Positions 10,601 through 23,106 of a stretch of 64,000 bases of DNA are shown in pieces. Source of the DNA: Giardia intestinalis. Lineage: Eukaryota. The stretch lies in NCBI GenBank assembly GCA_000002435.2, contig CM018791.1; one strand, written 5' to 3'. A program made the translations under genes and the position numbers. The notes beneath the pieces are model-generated. The model did not search any database, was not told the origin of the DNA, and saw only the letters and a program-made list of their open reading frames with translations. Each line of letters opens with the position of its first letter. The stretch's first letter is position 1.

Positions 10601-13600
10601 TCCTGGCATGCTGTTCCCCGGTCACGAGGTGCGTCGATGGGCCAACCTGTCCTGGCATGCTGTTTCCCCGGTCAACGAGGTGCGTCGATGGGCCAGCTGG
10701 CCCGGAGTCCATTTCCCGGTCAACGAGGTGCGTCGATGGGCCCTGTCCTGGCAGTGTTCCCCGGTCAACGAGGTGCGTCGATGGGCCAGCTGGCCGGAGT
10801 CTTTTCCCGGTCAACGAGGTGCGTCGATGGGCCAACCTGTCCTGGCATGCTGTTTCCCCGGTCAACGAGGTGCGTCGATGGGCCAACCTGTCCTGGCATG
10901 CTGTTTCCCCGGTCAACGAGGTATTCGATGGGCCTGCTGGCCGGAGTCCATTTCCCCGGTCAACGAGGATGCGTCGATGGGCCATAGCTGGCCCGGAGTC
11001 CTTTCCCCGGTCAACGAGGTGCGTCGATGGGCCTAGCTGGCCCGGAGTCCTTTCCCCGGTCAACGAGGTGCGTCGATGGGCCAACCTGTCCTGGCATGCT
11101 GTTTCCCCGGTCAACGAGGTGCGTCGATGGGCCAACCTGTCCTGGCATGCTGTTTCCCCGGTCAACGAGGTGCGTCGATGGGCCAACCTGTCCTGGCATG
11201 CTGTTTCCCCGGTCAACGAGGTATGCTCGATGGGCCTAGTGGCCCGGAGTCCATTTCCCCGGTCAACGAGGTGCGTCGATGGGCCAACCTGTCCTGGCAT
11301 GCTGTTTCCCCGGTCAACGAGGTTGCTCGATGGGCCAACCTGTCCTGGCATGCTGTTTCCCCGGTCAACGAGGTGCGTCGATGGGCCAACCTGTCCTGGC
11401 ATGCTGTTCCCGGTCAACGAGGTGCGTCGATGGGCCAACCTGTCCTGGCATGCTGTTTCCCCGGTCAACGAGGCTATGTCGATGGGCCAACCTGTCCTGG
11501 CATGCTGTTTCCCCGGTCAACGAGGTGCGTCGATGGGCCAACCTGTCCTGGCATGCTGTTTCCCCGGTCAACGAGGTCGTCGATGGGCCAACCTGTCCTG
11601 GCATGCTGTTTCCCCGTCAACGAGGTTGTCGATGGGCCTAGCTGGCCCGGAGTCCCATTTCCCGGTCAACGAGGTTATGTCGATGGCCTAGCTGGCCGGA
11701 GTCCCATTTCCGGTCAACNNNNNNNNNNNNNNNNNNNNNNNNNNNNNNNNNNNNNNNNNNNNNNNNNNNNNNNNNNNNNNNNNNNNNNNNNNNNNNNNNN
11801 NNNNNNNNNNNNNNNNNNNNNNNNNNNNNNNNNNNNNNNNNNNNNNNNNNNNNNNNNNNNNNNNNNNNNNNNNNNNNNNNNNNNNNNNNNNNNNNNNNNN
11901 NNNNNNNNNNNNNNNNNNNNNNNNNNNNNNNNNNNNNNNNNNNNNNNNNNNNNNNNNNNNNNNNNNNNNNNNNNNNNNNNNNNNNNNNNNNNNNNNNNNN
12001 NNNNNNNNNNNNNNNNNNNNNNNNNNNNNNNNNNNNNNNNNNNNNNNNNNNNNNNNNNNNNNNNNNNNNNNNNNNNNNNNNNNNNNNNNNNNNNNNNNNN
12101 NNNNNNNNNNNNNNNNNNNNNNNNNNNNNNNNNNNNNNNNNNNNNNNNNNNNNNNNNNNNNNNNNNNNNNNNNNNNNNNNNNNNNNNNNNNNNNNNNNNN
12201 NNNNNNNNNNNNNNNNNNNNNNNNNNNNNNNNNNNNNNNNNNNNNNNNNNNNNNNNNNNNNNNNNNNNNNNNNNNNNNNNNNNNNNNNNNNNNNNNNNNN
12301 NNNNNNNNNNNNNNNNNNNNNNNNNNNNNNNNNNNNNNNNNNNNNNNNNNNNNNNNNNNNNNNNNNNNNNNNNNNNNNNNNNNNNNNNNNNNNNNNNNNN
12401 NNNNNNNNNNNNNNNNNNNNNNNNNNNNNNNNNNNNNNNNNNNNNNNNNNNNNNNNNNNNNNNNNNNNNNNNNNNNNNNNNNNNNNNNNNNNNNNNNNNN
12501 NNNNNNNNNNNNNNNNNNNNNNNNNNNNNNNNNNNNNNNNNNNNNNNNNNNNNNNNNNNNNNNNNNNNNNNNNNNNNNNNNNNNNNNNNNNNNNNNNNNN
12601 NNNNNNNNNNNNNNNNNNNNNNNNNNNNNNNNNNNNNNNNNNNNNNNNNNNNNNNNNNNNNNNNNNNNNNNNNNNNNNNNNNNNNNNNNNNNNNNNNNNN
12701 NNNNNNNNNNNNNNNNNNNNNNNNNNNNNNNNNNNNNNNNNNNNNNNNNNNNNNNNNNNNNNNNNNNNNNNNNNNNNNNNNNNNNNNNNNNNNNNNNNNN
12801 NNNNNNNNNNNNNNNNNNNNNNNNNNNNNNNNNNNNNNNNNNNNNNNNNNNNNNNNNNNNNNNNNNNNNNNNNNNNNNNNNNNNNNNNNNNNNNNNNNNN
12901 NNNNNNNNNNNNNNNNNNNNNNNNNNNNNNNNNNNNNNNNNNNNNNNNNNNNNNNNNNNNNNNNNNNNNNNNNNNNNNNNNNNNNNNNNNNNNNNNNNNN
13001 NNNNNNNNNNNNNNNNNNNNNNNNNNNNNNNNNNNNNNNNNNNNNNNNNNNNNNNNNNNNNNNNNNNNNNNNNNNNNNNNNNNNNNNNNNNNNNNNNNNN
13101 NNNNNNNNNNNNNNNNNNNNNNNNNNNNNNNNNNNNNNNNNNNNNNNNNNNNNNNNNNNNNNNNNNNNNNNNNNNNNNNNNNNNNNNNNNNNNNNNNNNN
13201 NNNNNNNNNNNNNNNNNNNNNNNNNNNNNNNNNNNNNNNNNNNNNNNNNNNNNNNNNNNNNNNNNNNNNNNNNNNNNNNNNNNNNNNNNNNNNNNNNNNN
13301 NNNNNNNNNNNNNNNNNNNNNNNNNNNNNNNNNNNNNNNNNNNNNNNNNNNNNNNNNNNNNNNNNNNNNNNNNNNNNNNNNNNNNNNNNNNNNNNNNNNN
13401 NNNNNNNNNNNNNNNNNNNNNNNNNNNNNNNNNNNNNNNNNNNNNNNNNNNNNNNNNNNNNNNNNNNNNNNNNNNNNNNNNNNNNNNNNNNNNNNNNNNN
13501 NNNNNNNNNNNNNNNNNNNNNNNNNNNNNNNNNNNNNNNNNNNNNNNNNNNNNNNNNNNNNNNNNNNNNNNNNNNNNNNNNNNNNNNNNNNNNNNNNNNN

Positions 13601-16600
13601 NNNNNNNNNNNNNNNNNNNNNNNNNNNNNNNNNNNNNNNNNNNNNNNNNNNNNNNNNNNNNNNNNNNNNNNNNNNNNNNNNNNNNNNNNNNNNNNNNNNN
13701 NNNNNNNNNNNNNNNNNNNNNNNNNNNNNNNNNNNNNNNNNNNNNNNNNNNNNNNNNNNNNNNNNNNNNNNNNNNNNNNNNNNNNNNNNNNNNNNNNNNN
13801 NNNNNNNNNNNNNNNNNNNNNNNNNNNNNNNNNNNNNNNNNNNNNNNNNNNNNNNNNNNNNNNNNNNNNNNNNNNNNNNNNNNNNNNNNNNNNNNNNNNN
13901 NNNNNNNNNNNNNNNNNNNNNNNNNNNNNNNNNNNNNNNNNNNNNNNNNNNNNNNNNNNNNNNNNNNNNNNNNNNNNNNNNNNNNNNNNNNNNNNNNNNN
14001 NNNNNNNNNNNNNNNNNNNNNNNNNNNNNNNNNNNNNNNNNNNNNNNNNNNNNNNNNNNNNNNNNNNNNNNNNNNNNNNNNNNNNNNNNNNNNNNNNNNN
14101 NNNNNNNNNNNNNNNNNNNNNNNNNNNNNNNNNNNNNNNNNNNNNNNNNNNNNNNNNNNNNNNNNNNNNNNNNNNNNNNNNNNNNNNNNNNNNNNNNNNN
14201 NNNNNNNNNNNNNNNNNNNNNNNNNNNNNNNNNNNNNNNNNNNNNNNNNNNNNNNNNNNNNNNNNNNNNNNNNNNNNNNNNNNNNNNNNNNNNNNNNNNN
14301 NNNNNNNNNNNNNNNNNNNNNNNNNNNNNNNNNNNNNNNNNNNNNNNNNNNNNNNNNNNNNNNNNNNNNNNNNNNNNNNNNNNNNNNNNNNNNNNNNNNN
14401 NNNNNNNNNNNNNNNNNNNNNNNNNNNNNNNNNNNNNNNNNNNNNNNNNNNNNNNNNNNNNNNNNNNNNNNNNNNNNNNNNNNNNNNNNNNNNNNNNNNN
14501 NNNNNNNNNNNNNNNNNNNNNNNNNNNNNNNNNNNNNNNNNNNNNNNNNNNNNNNNNNNNNNNNNNNNNNNNNNNNNNNNNNNNNNNNNNNNNNNNNNNN
14601 NNNNNNNNNNNNNNNNNNNNNNNNNNNNNNNNNNNNNNNNNNNNNNNNNNNNNNNNNNNNNNNNNNNNNNNNNNNNNNNNNNNNNNNNNNNNNNNNNNNN
14701 NNNNNNNNNNNNNNNNNNNNNNNNNNNNNNNNNNNNNNNNNNNNNNNNNNNNNNNNNNNNNNNNNNNNNNNNNNNNNNNNNNNNNNNNNNNNNNNNNNNN
14801 NNNNNNNNNNNNNNNNNNNNNNNNNNNNNNNNNNNNNNNNNNNNNNNNNNNNNNNNNNNNNNNNNNNNNNNNNNNNNNNNNNNNNNNNNNNNNNNNNNNN
14901 NNNNNNNNNNNNNNNNNNNNNNNNNNNNNNNNNNNNNNNNNNNNNNNNNNNNNNNNNNNNNNNNNNNNNNNNNNNNNNNNNNNNNNNNNNNNNNNNNNNN
15001 NNNNNNNNNNNNNNNNNNNNNNNNNNNNNNNNNNNNNNNNNNNNNNNNNNNNNNNNNNNNNNNNNNNNNNNNNNNNNNNNNNNNNNNNNNNNNNNNNNNN
15101 NNNNNNNNNNNNNNNNNNNNNNNNNNNNNNNNNNNNNNNNNNNNNNNNNNNNNNNNNNNNNNNNNNNNNNNNNNNNNNNNNNNNNNNNNNNNNNNNNNNN
15201 NNNNNNNNNNNNNNNNNNNNNNNNNNNNNNNNNNNNNNNNNNNNNNNNNNNNNNNNNNNNNNNNNNNNNNNNNNNNNNNNNNNNNNNNNNNNNNNNNNNN
15301 NNNNNNNNNNNNNNNNNNNNNNNNNNNNNNNNNNNNNNNNNNNNNNNNNNNNNNNNNNNNNNNNNNNNNNNNNNNNNNNNNNNNNNNNNNNNNNNNNNNN
15401 NNNNNNNNNNNNNNNNNNNNNNNNNNNNNNNNNNNNNNNNNNNNNNNNNNNNNNNNNNNNNNNNNNNNNNNNNNNNNNNNNNNNNNNNNNNNNNNNNNNN
15501 NNNNNNNNNNNNNNNNNNNNNNNNNNNNNNNNNNNNNNNNNNNNNNNNNNNNNNNNNNNNNNNNNNNNNNNNNNNNNNNNNNNNNNNNNNNNNNNNNNNN
15601 NNNNNNNNNNNNNNNNNNNNNNNNNNNNNNNNNNNNNNNNNNNNNNNNNNNNNNNNNNNNNNNNNNNNNNNNNNNNNNNNNNNNNNNNNNNNNNNNNNNN
15701 NNNNNNNNNNNNNNNNNNNNNNNNNNNNNNNNNNNNNNNNNNNNNNNNNNNNNNNNNNNNNNNNNNNNNNNNNNNNNNNNNNNNNNNNNNNNNNNNNNNN
15801 NNNNNNNNNNNNNNNNNNNNNNNNNNNNNNNNNNNNNNNNNNNNNNNNNNNNNNNNNNNNNNNNNNNNNNNNNNNNNNNNNNNNNNNNNNNNNNNNNNNN
15901 NNNNNNNNNNNNNNNNNNNNNNNNNNNNNNNNNNNNNNNNNNNNNNNNNNNNNNNNNNNNNNNNNNNNNNNNNNNNNNNNNNNNNNNNNNNNNNNNNNNN
16001 NNNNNNNNNNNNNNNNNNNNNNNNNNNNNNNNNNNNNNNNNNNNNNNNNNNNNNNNNNNNNNNNNNNNNNNNNNNNNNNNNNNNNNNNNNNNNNNNNNNN
16101 NNNNNNNNNNNNNNNNNNNNNNNNNNNNNNNNNNNNNNNNNNNNNNNNNNNNNNNNNNNNNNNNNNNNNNNNNNNNNNNNNNNNNNNNNNNNNNNNNNNN
16201 NNNNNNNNNNNNNNNNNNNNNNNNNNNNNNNNNNNNNNNNNNNNNNNNNNNNNNNNNNNNNNNNNNNNNNNNNNNNNNNNNNNNNNNNNNNNNNNNNNNN
16301 NNNNNNNNNNNNNNNNNNNNNNNNNNNNNNNNNNNNNNNNNNNNNNNNNNNNNNNNNNNNNNNNNNNNNNNNNNNNNNNNNNNNNNNNNNNNNNNNNNNN
16401 NNNNNNNNNNNNNNNNNNNNNNNNNNNNNNNNNNNNNNNNNNNNNNNNNNNNNNNNNNNNNNNNNNNNNNNNNNNNNNNNNNNNNNNNNNNNNNNNNNNN
16501 NNNNNNNNNNNNNNNNNNNNNNNNNNNNNNNNNNNNNNNNNNNNNNNNNNNNNNNNNNNNNNNNNNNNNNNNNNNNNNNNNNNNNNNNNNNNNNNNNNNN

Positions 16601-19600
16601 NNNNNNNNNNNNNNNNNNNNNNNNNNNNNNNNNNNNNNNNNNNNNNNNNNNNNNNNNNNNNNNNNNNNNNNNNNNNNNNNNNNNNNNNNNNNNNNNNNNN
16701 NNNNNNNNNNNNNNNNNNNNNNNNNNNNNNNNNNNNNNNNNNNNNNNNNNNNNNNNNNNNNNNNNNNNNNNNNNNNNNNNNNNNNNNNNNNNNNNNNNNN
16801 NNNNNNNNNNNNNNNNNNNNNNNNNNNNNNNNNNNNNNNNNNNNNNNNNNNNNNNNNNNNNNNNNNNNNNNNNNNNNNNNNNNNNNNNNNNNNNNNNNNN
16901 NNNNNNNNNNNNNNNNNNNNNNNNNNNNNNNNNNNNNNNNNNNNNNNNNNNNNNNNNNNNNNNNNNNNNNNNNNNNNNNNNNNNNNNNNNNNNNNNNNNN
17001 NNNNNNNNNNNNNNNNNNNNNNNNNNNNNNNNNNNNNNNNNNNNNNNNNNNNNNNNNNNNNNNNNNNNNNNNNNNNNNNNNNNNNNNNNNNNNNNNNNNN
17101 NNNNNNNNNNNNNNNNNNNNNNNNNNNNNNNNNNNNNNNNNNNNNNNNNNNNNNNNNNNNNNNNNNNNNNNNNNNNNNNNNNNNNNNNNNNNNNNNNNNN
17201 NNNNNNNNNNNNNNNNNNNNNNNNNNNNNNNNNNNNNNNNNNNNNNNNNNNNNNNNNNNNNNNNNNNNNNNNNNNNNNNNNNNNNNNNNNNNNNNNNNNN
17301 NNNNNNNNNNNNNNNNNNNNNNNNNNNNNNNNNNNNNNNNNNNNNNNNNNNNNNNNNNNNNNNNNNNNNNNNNNNNNNNNNNNNNNNNNNNNNNNNNNNN
17401 NNNNNNNNNNNNNNNNNNNNNNNNNNNNNNNNNNNNNNNNNNNNNNNNNNNNNNNNNNNNNNNNNNNNNNNNNNNNNNNNNNNNNNNNNNNNNNNNNNNN
17501 NNNNNNNNNNNNNNNNNNNNNNNNNNNNNNNNNNNNNNNNNNNNNNNNNNNNNNNNNNNNNNNNNNNNNNNNNNNNNNNNNNNNNNNNNNNNNNNNNNNN
17601 NNNNNNNNNNNNNNNNNNNNNNNNNNNNNNNNNNNNNNNNNNNNNNNNNNNNNNNNNNNNNNNNNNNNNNNNNNNNNNNNNNNNNNNNNNNNNNNNNNNN
17701 NNNNNNNNNNNNNNNNNNNNNNNNNNNNNNNNNNNNNNNNNNNNNNNNNNNNNNNNNNNNNNNNNNNNNNNNNNNNNNNNNNNNNNNNNNNNNNNNNNNN
17801 NNNNNNNNNNNNNNNNNNNNNNNNNNNNNNNNNNNNNNNNNNNNNNNNNNNNNNNNNNNNNNNNNNNNNNNNNNNNNNNNNNNNNNNNNNNNNNNNNNNN
17901 NNNNNNNNNNNNNNNNNNNNNNNNNNNNNNNNNNNNNNNNNNNNNNNNNNNNNNNNNNNNNNNNNNNNNNNNNNNNNNNNNNNNNNNNNNNNNNNNNNNN
18001 NNNNNNNNNNNNNNNNNNNNNNNNNNNNNNNNNNNNNNNNNNNNNNNNNNNNNNNNNNNNNNNNNNNNNNNNNNNNNNNNNNNNNNNNNNNNNNNNNNNN
18101 NNNNNNNNNNNNNNNNNNNNNNNNNNNNNNNNNNNNNNNNNNNNNNNNNNNNNNNNNNNNNNNNNNNNNNNNNNNNNNNNNNNNNNNNNNNNNNNNNNNN
18201 NNNNNNNNNNNNNNNNNNNNNNNNNNNNNNNNNNNNNNNNNNNNNNNNNNNNNNNNNNNNNNNNNNNNNNNNNNNNNNNNNNNNNNNNNNNNNNNNNNNN
18301 NNNNNNNNNNNNNNNNNNNNNNNNNNNNNNNNNNNNNNNNNNNNNNNNNNNNNNNNNNNNNNNNNNNNNNNNNNNNNNNNNNNNNNNNNNNNNNNNNNNN
18401 NNNNNNNNNNNNNNNNNNNNNNNNNNNNNNNNNNNNNNNNNNNNNNNNNNNNNNNNNNNNNNNNNNNNNNNNNNNNNNNNNNNNNNNNNNNNNNNNNNNN
18501 NNNNNNNNNNNNNNNNNNNNNNNNNNNNNNNNNNNNNNNNNNNNNNNNNNNNNNNNNNNNNNNNNNNNNNNNNNNNNNNNNNNNNNNNNNNNNNNNNNNN
18601 NNNNNNNNNNNNNNNNNNNNNNNNNNNNNNNNNNNNNNNNNNNNNNNNNNNNNNNNNNNNNNNNNNNNNNNNNNNNNNNNNNNNNNNNNNNNNNNNNNNN
18701 NNNNNNNNNNNNNNNNNNNNNNNNNNNNNNNNNNNNNNNNNNNNNNNNNNNNNNNNNNNNNNNNNNNNNNNNNNNNNNNNNNNNNNNNNNNNNNNNNNNN
18801 NNNNNNNNNNNNNNNNNNNNNNNNNNNNNNNNNNNNNNNNNNNNNNNNNNNNNNNNNNNNNNNNNNNNNNNNNNNNNNNNNNNNNNNNNNNNNNNNNNNN
18901 NNNNNNNNNNNNNNNNNNNNNNNNNNNNNNNNNNNNNNNNNNNNNNNNNNNNNNNNNNNNNNNNNNNNNNNNNNNNNNNNNNNNNNNNNNNNNNNNNNNN
19001 NNNNNNNNNNNNNNNNNNNNNNNNNNNNNNNNNNNNNNNNNNNNNNNNNNNNNNNNNNNNNNNNNNNNNNNNNNNNNNNNNNNNNNNNNNNNNNNNNNNN
19101 NNNNNNNNNNNNNNNNNNNNNNNNNNNNNNNNNNNNNNNNNNNNNNNNNNNNNNNNNNNNNNNNNNNNNNNNNNNNNNNNNNNNNNNNNNNNNNNNNNNN
19201 NNNNNNNNNNNNNNNNNNNNNNNNNNNNNNNNNNNNNNNNNNNNNNNNNNNNNNNNNNNNNNNNNNNNNNNNNNNNNNNNNNNNNNNNNNNNNNNNNNNN
19301 NNNNNNNNNNNNNNNNNNNNNNNNNNNNNNNNNNNNNNNNNNNNNNNNNNNNNNNNNNNNNNNNNNNNNNNNNNNNNNNNNNNNNNNNNNNNNNNNNNNN
19401 NNNNNNNNNNNNNNNNNNNNNNNNNNNNNNNNNNNNNNNNNNNNNNNNNNNNNNNNNNNNNNNNNNNNNNNNNNNNNNNNNNNNNNNNNNNNNNNNNNNN
19501 NNNNNNNNNNNNNNNNNNNNNNNNNNNNNNNNNNNNNNNNNNNNNNNNNNNNNNNNNNNNNNNNNNNNNNNNNNNNNNNNNNNNNNNNNNNNNNNNNNNN

Positions 19601-22600
19601 NNNNNNNNNNNNNNNNNNNNNNNNNNNNNNNNNNNNNNNNNNNNNNNNNNNNNNNNNNNNNNNNNNNNNNNNNNNNNNNNNNNNNNNNNNNNNNNNNNNN
19701 NNNNNNNNNNNNNNNNNNNNNNNNNNNNNNNNNNNNNNNNNNNNNNNNNNNNNNNNNNNNNNNNNNNNNNNNNNNNNNNNNNNNNNNNNNNNNNNNNNNN
19801 NNNNNNNNNNNNNNNNNNNNNNNNNNNNNNNNNNNNNNNNNNNNNNNNNNNNNNNNNNNNNNNNNNNNNNNNNNNNNNNNNNNNNNNNNNNNNNNNNNNN
19901 NNNNNNNNNNNNNNNNNNNNNNNNNNNNNNNNNNNNNNNNNNNNNNNNNNNNNNNNNNNNNNNNNNNNNNNNNNNNNNNNNNNNNNNNNNNNNNNNNNNN
20001 NNNNNNNNNNNNNNNNNNNNNNNNNNNNNNNNNNNNNNNNNNNNNNNNNNNNNNNNNNNNNNNNNNNNNNNNNNNNNNNNNNNNNNNNNNNNNNNNNNNN
20101 NNNNNNNNNNNNNNNNNNNNNNNNNNNNNNNNNNNNNNNNNNNNNNNNNNNNNNNNNNNNNNNNNNNNNNNNNNNNNNNNNNNNNNNNNNNNNNNNNNNN
20201 NNNNNNNNNNNNNNNNNNNNNNNNNNNNNNNNNNNNNNNNNNNNNNNNNNNNNNNNNNNNNNNNNNNNNNNNNNNNNNNNNNNNNNNNNNNNNNNNNNNN
20301 NNNNNNNNNNNNNNNNNNNNNNNNNNNNNNNNNNNNNNNNNNNNNNNNNNNNNNNNNNNNNNNNNNNNNNNNNNNNNNNNNNNNNNNNNNNNNNNNNNNN
20401 NNNNNNNNNNNNNNNNNNNNNNNNNNNNNNNNNNNNNNNNNNNNNNNNNNNNNNNNNNNNNNNNNNNNNNNNNNNNNNNNNNNNNNNNNNNNNNNNNNNN
20501 NNNNNNNNNNNNNNNNNNNNNNNNNNNNNNNNNNNNNNNNNNNNNNNNNNNNNNNNNNNNNNNNNNNNNNNNNNNNNNNNNNNNNNNNNNNNNNNNNNNN
20601 NNNNNNNNNNNNNNNNNNNNNNNNNNNNNNNNNNNNNNNNNNNNNNNNNNNNNNNNNNNNNNNNNNNNNNNNNNNNNNNNNNNNNNNNNNNNNNNNNNNN
20701 NNNNNNNNNNNNNNNNNNNNNNNNNNNNNNNNNNNNNNNNNNNNNNNNNNNNNNNNNNNNNNNNNNNNNNNNNNNNNNNNNNNNNNNNNNNNNNNNNNNN
20801 NNNNNNNNNNNNNNNNNNNNNNNNNNNNNNNNNNNNNNNNNNNNNNNNNNNNNNNNNNNNNNNNNNNNNNNNNNNNNNNNNNNNNNNNNNNNNNNNNNNN
20901 NNNNNNNNNNNNNNNNNNNNNNNNNNNNNNNNNNNNNNNNNNNNNNNNNNNNNNNNNNNNNNNNNNNNNNNNNNNNNNNNNNNNNNNNNNNNNNNNNNNN
21001 NNNNNNNNNNNNNNNNNNNNNNNNNNNNNNNNNNNNNNNNNNNNNNNNNNNNNNNNNNNNNNNNNGTTTCCCGGTCAACGAGGTATGTCGATGGGCCTAG
21101 GCTGGCCCGGAGTCCCATTTCCCCCGGTCAACGAGGTATGTCGATGGGCCTAGCTGGCCCGGAGTTCCTGTTTCCCCGGTCAACGAGGTGCGTCGATGGG
21201 CCAACCTGTCCTGGCATGCTGTTTCCCCGGTCAACGAGGTGCGTCGATGGGCCAACCTGTCCTGGCATGCTGTTTCCCCGGTCAACGAGGTGCGTCGATG
21301 GGCCAACCTGTCCTGGCATGCCTGTTTTCCCCGGTCAACGGGTGGTCGATGGGCAACTTCCTGGCTCTTTTCCCCGGTCACGAGGTGTCGATGGGCCTAG
21401 CTGGCCGGGTCCCATTTCCCCGGTCAACGAGGTGCGTCGATGGGCCAACCTGTCCTGGCATGCCTGTTTCCCGGTCAACGAGGTGCGTCGATGGGCCAAC
21501 CTGTCCGGCATGTCCGTTTCCCCCGGTCAACGAGGTGCGTCGATGGGCCAACCTGTCCTGGCATGCGTTTCCCCGGTCAACGAGGTGCGTCGATGGGCCA
21601 ACCTGTCCTGGCATGCTGTTTCCCCGGTCAACGAGGTATGTCGATGGGCCTAGCTGGCCCGGAGTCCCATTTCCCCGGTCAACGAGGTGCGTCGATGGGC
21701 CAACCTGTCCCGGCATGCCTTTCCCCGGTCAACGAGGTGCGTCGATGGGCCAGCTGGCCCGGATCCTTTTCCCCGGTCAACGAGGTGCGTCGATGGGCCA
21801 ACCTGTCCTGGCATGCTGTTTCCCCCGGTCAACGAGGTGCGTCGATGGGCCAACCTGTCCTGGCAGCTGTTTCCCCGGTCAACGAGGTGCGTCGATGGGC
21901 CAACCTGTCCTGGCATGCTGTTTCCCCGGTCAACGAGGTATGTCGATGGGCCAGCTGCCCGGATCCCATTTCCCCGGTCAACGAGGTGCGTCGATGGGCC
22001 AACCTGTCCTGGCATGCTGTTTCCCCGGTCAACGAGGGTGATGGCCCCCCCGAGGTGCGTCGATGGGCCAACCTGTCCTGGCATGCTGTTTCCCCGGTCA
22101 ACGAGGTATGTCGATGGCCAACCTGTCCTGGCATGCTGTTTCCCCGGTCAACGAGGTGCGTCGATGGGCCAACCTGTCCTGGCATGCTGTTTCCCCGGTC
22201 AACGAGGTATGTCGATGGGCCAACCTGTCCTGGCATGCTGTTTCCCCGGTCAACGAGGTAGTCGATGGGCCACTGCCGGATCCTTCCCCGGTCAACGAGG
22301 TATGTCGATGGGCCTAGCTGGCCCGGAGTCCCATTTCCCCGGTCAACGAGGTGCGTTCGAGGGCCGTCGATGGGCCAACCTGTCCTGGCATGCTGTTTCC
22401 CCGGTCAACGAGGTGCGTCGATGGGCCAACCTGTCCTGGCATGCTGTTTCCCCGGTCAACGAGGTGCGTCGATGGGCCAACCTGTCCTGGCATGCTGTTT
22501 CCCCGGTCAACGAGGTATGTCGATGGGCCTAGCTGGCCCGGAGTCCCATTTCCCCGGTCAACGAGGTATGTCGATGGGCCTAGCTGGCCCGGAGTCCCAT

Positions 22601-23106
22601 TTCCCCGGTCAACGAGGTGCGTCGATGGGCCAACCTGTCCTGGCATGCTGTTTCCCCGGTCAACGAGGTGCGTCGATGGGCCAACCTGTCCTGGCATGCT
22701 GTTTCCCCGGTCAACGAGGTGCGTCGATGGGCCAACCTGTCCTGGCATGCTGTTTCCCCGGTCAACGAGGTGCGTCGATGGGCCAACCTGTCCTGGCATG
22801 CTGTTTCCCCGGTCAACGAGGTATGTCGATGGGCCAACCTGTCCTGGCATGCTGTTTCCCCGGTCAACGAGGTGCGTCGATGGGCCAACCTGTCCTGGCA
22901 TGCTGTTTCCCCGGTCAACGAGGTGCGTCGATGGGCCAACCTGTCCTGGCATGCTGTTTCCCCGGTCAACGAGGTGCGTCGATGGGCCAACCTGTCCTGG
23001 CATGCTGTTTCCCCGGTCAACGAGGTGCGTCGATGGGCCAACCTGTCCTGGCATGCTGTTTCCCCGGTCAACGAGGTGCGTCGATGGGCCAACCTGTCCT
23101 GGCATG
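7690..23106. repeat. 51-bp tandem satellite array, ~79 resolved units on the left + ~40 on the right of an assembly gap; consensus ccaacctgtcctggcatgctgtttccccggtcaacgaggtgcgtcgatggg
   Basis: Period measured directly: 'cgaggt' recurs at 7741, 7792, 7843 (51 bp). Two unit variants alternate: A (...ccaacctgtcctggcatgctgttt...gaggtgcgtcg) and B (...cctagctggcccggagtcccattt...gaggtatgtcg). The edges (7707-8800, 22350-23106) are near-perfect. The interior (8900-11718, 21066-22300) carries many 1-2 bp indels. Right edge at 23106 (ggcatg|atatct). Confidence 0.95.
11719..21065. other. assembly gap (9,347 N) inside the satellite array
   Basis: Uninterrupted run of n from 11719 to 21065, with the same 51-bp repeat on both flanks. 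The true array length is therefore unknown. Confidence 0.98.

Noticed and set aside
11076-21653. 3,000+ aa ORFs (11076..21653 +, 11638..21078 -, 11714..21118 -) made mostly of X residues
   Set aside because: They are translations of the 9,347-bp N run flanked by open-frame satellite. This is an artefact, not a gene.
7666-22532. Dozens of overlapping 60-766 aa ORFs on both strands within the 51-bp array (e.g. 7747..10047, 8601..10247, 7890..8783)
   Set aside because: The repeat is 17 codons long and stop-free in 5 of 6 frames, so any frame yields long ORFs. Only the frame continuous with the upstream kinase gene has any claim to be coding.
7690-23106. Possible CRISPR array, since the window has regular short repeats
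   Set aside because: The units are contiguous with no unique spacers. The context is eukaryotic (VSP, histone, intronless NEKs), and no cas genes are present.
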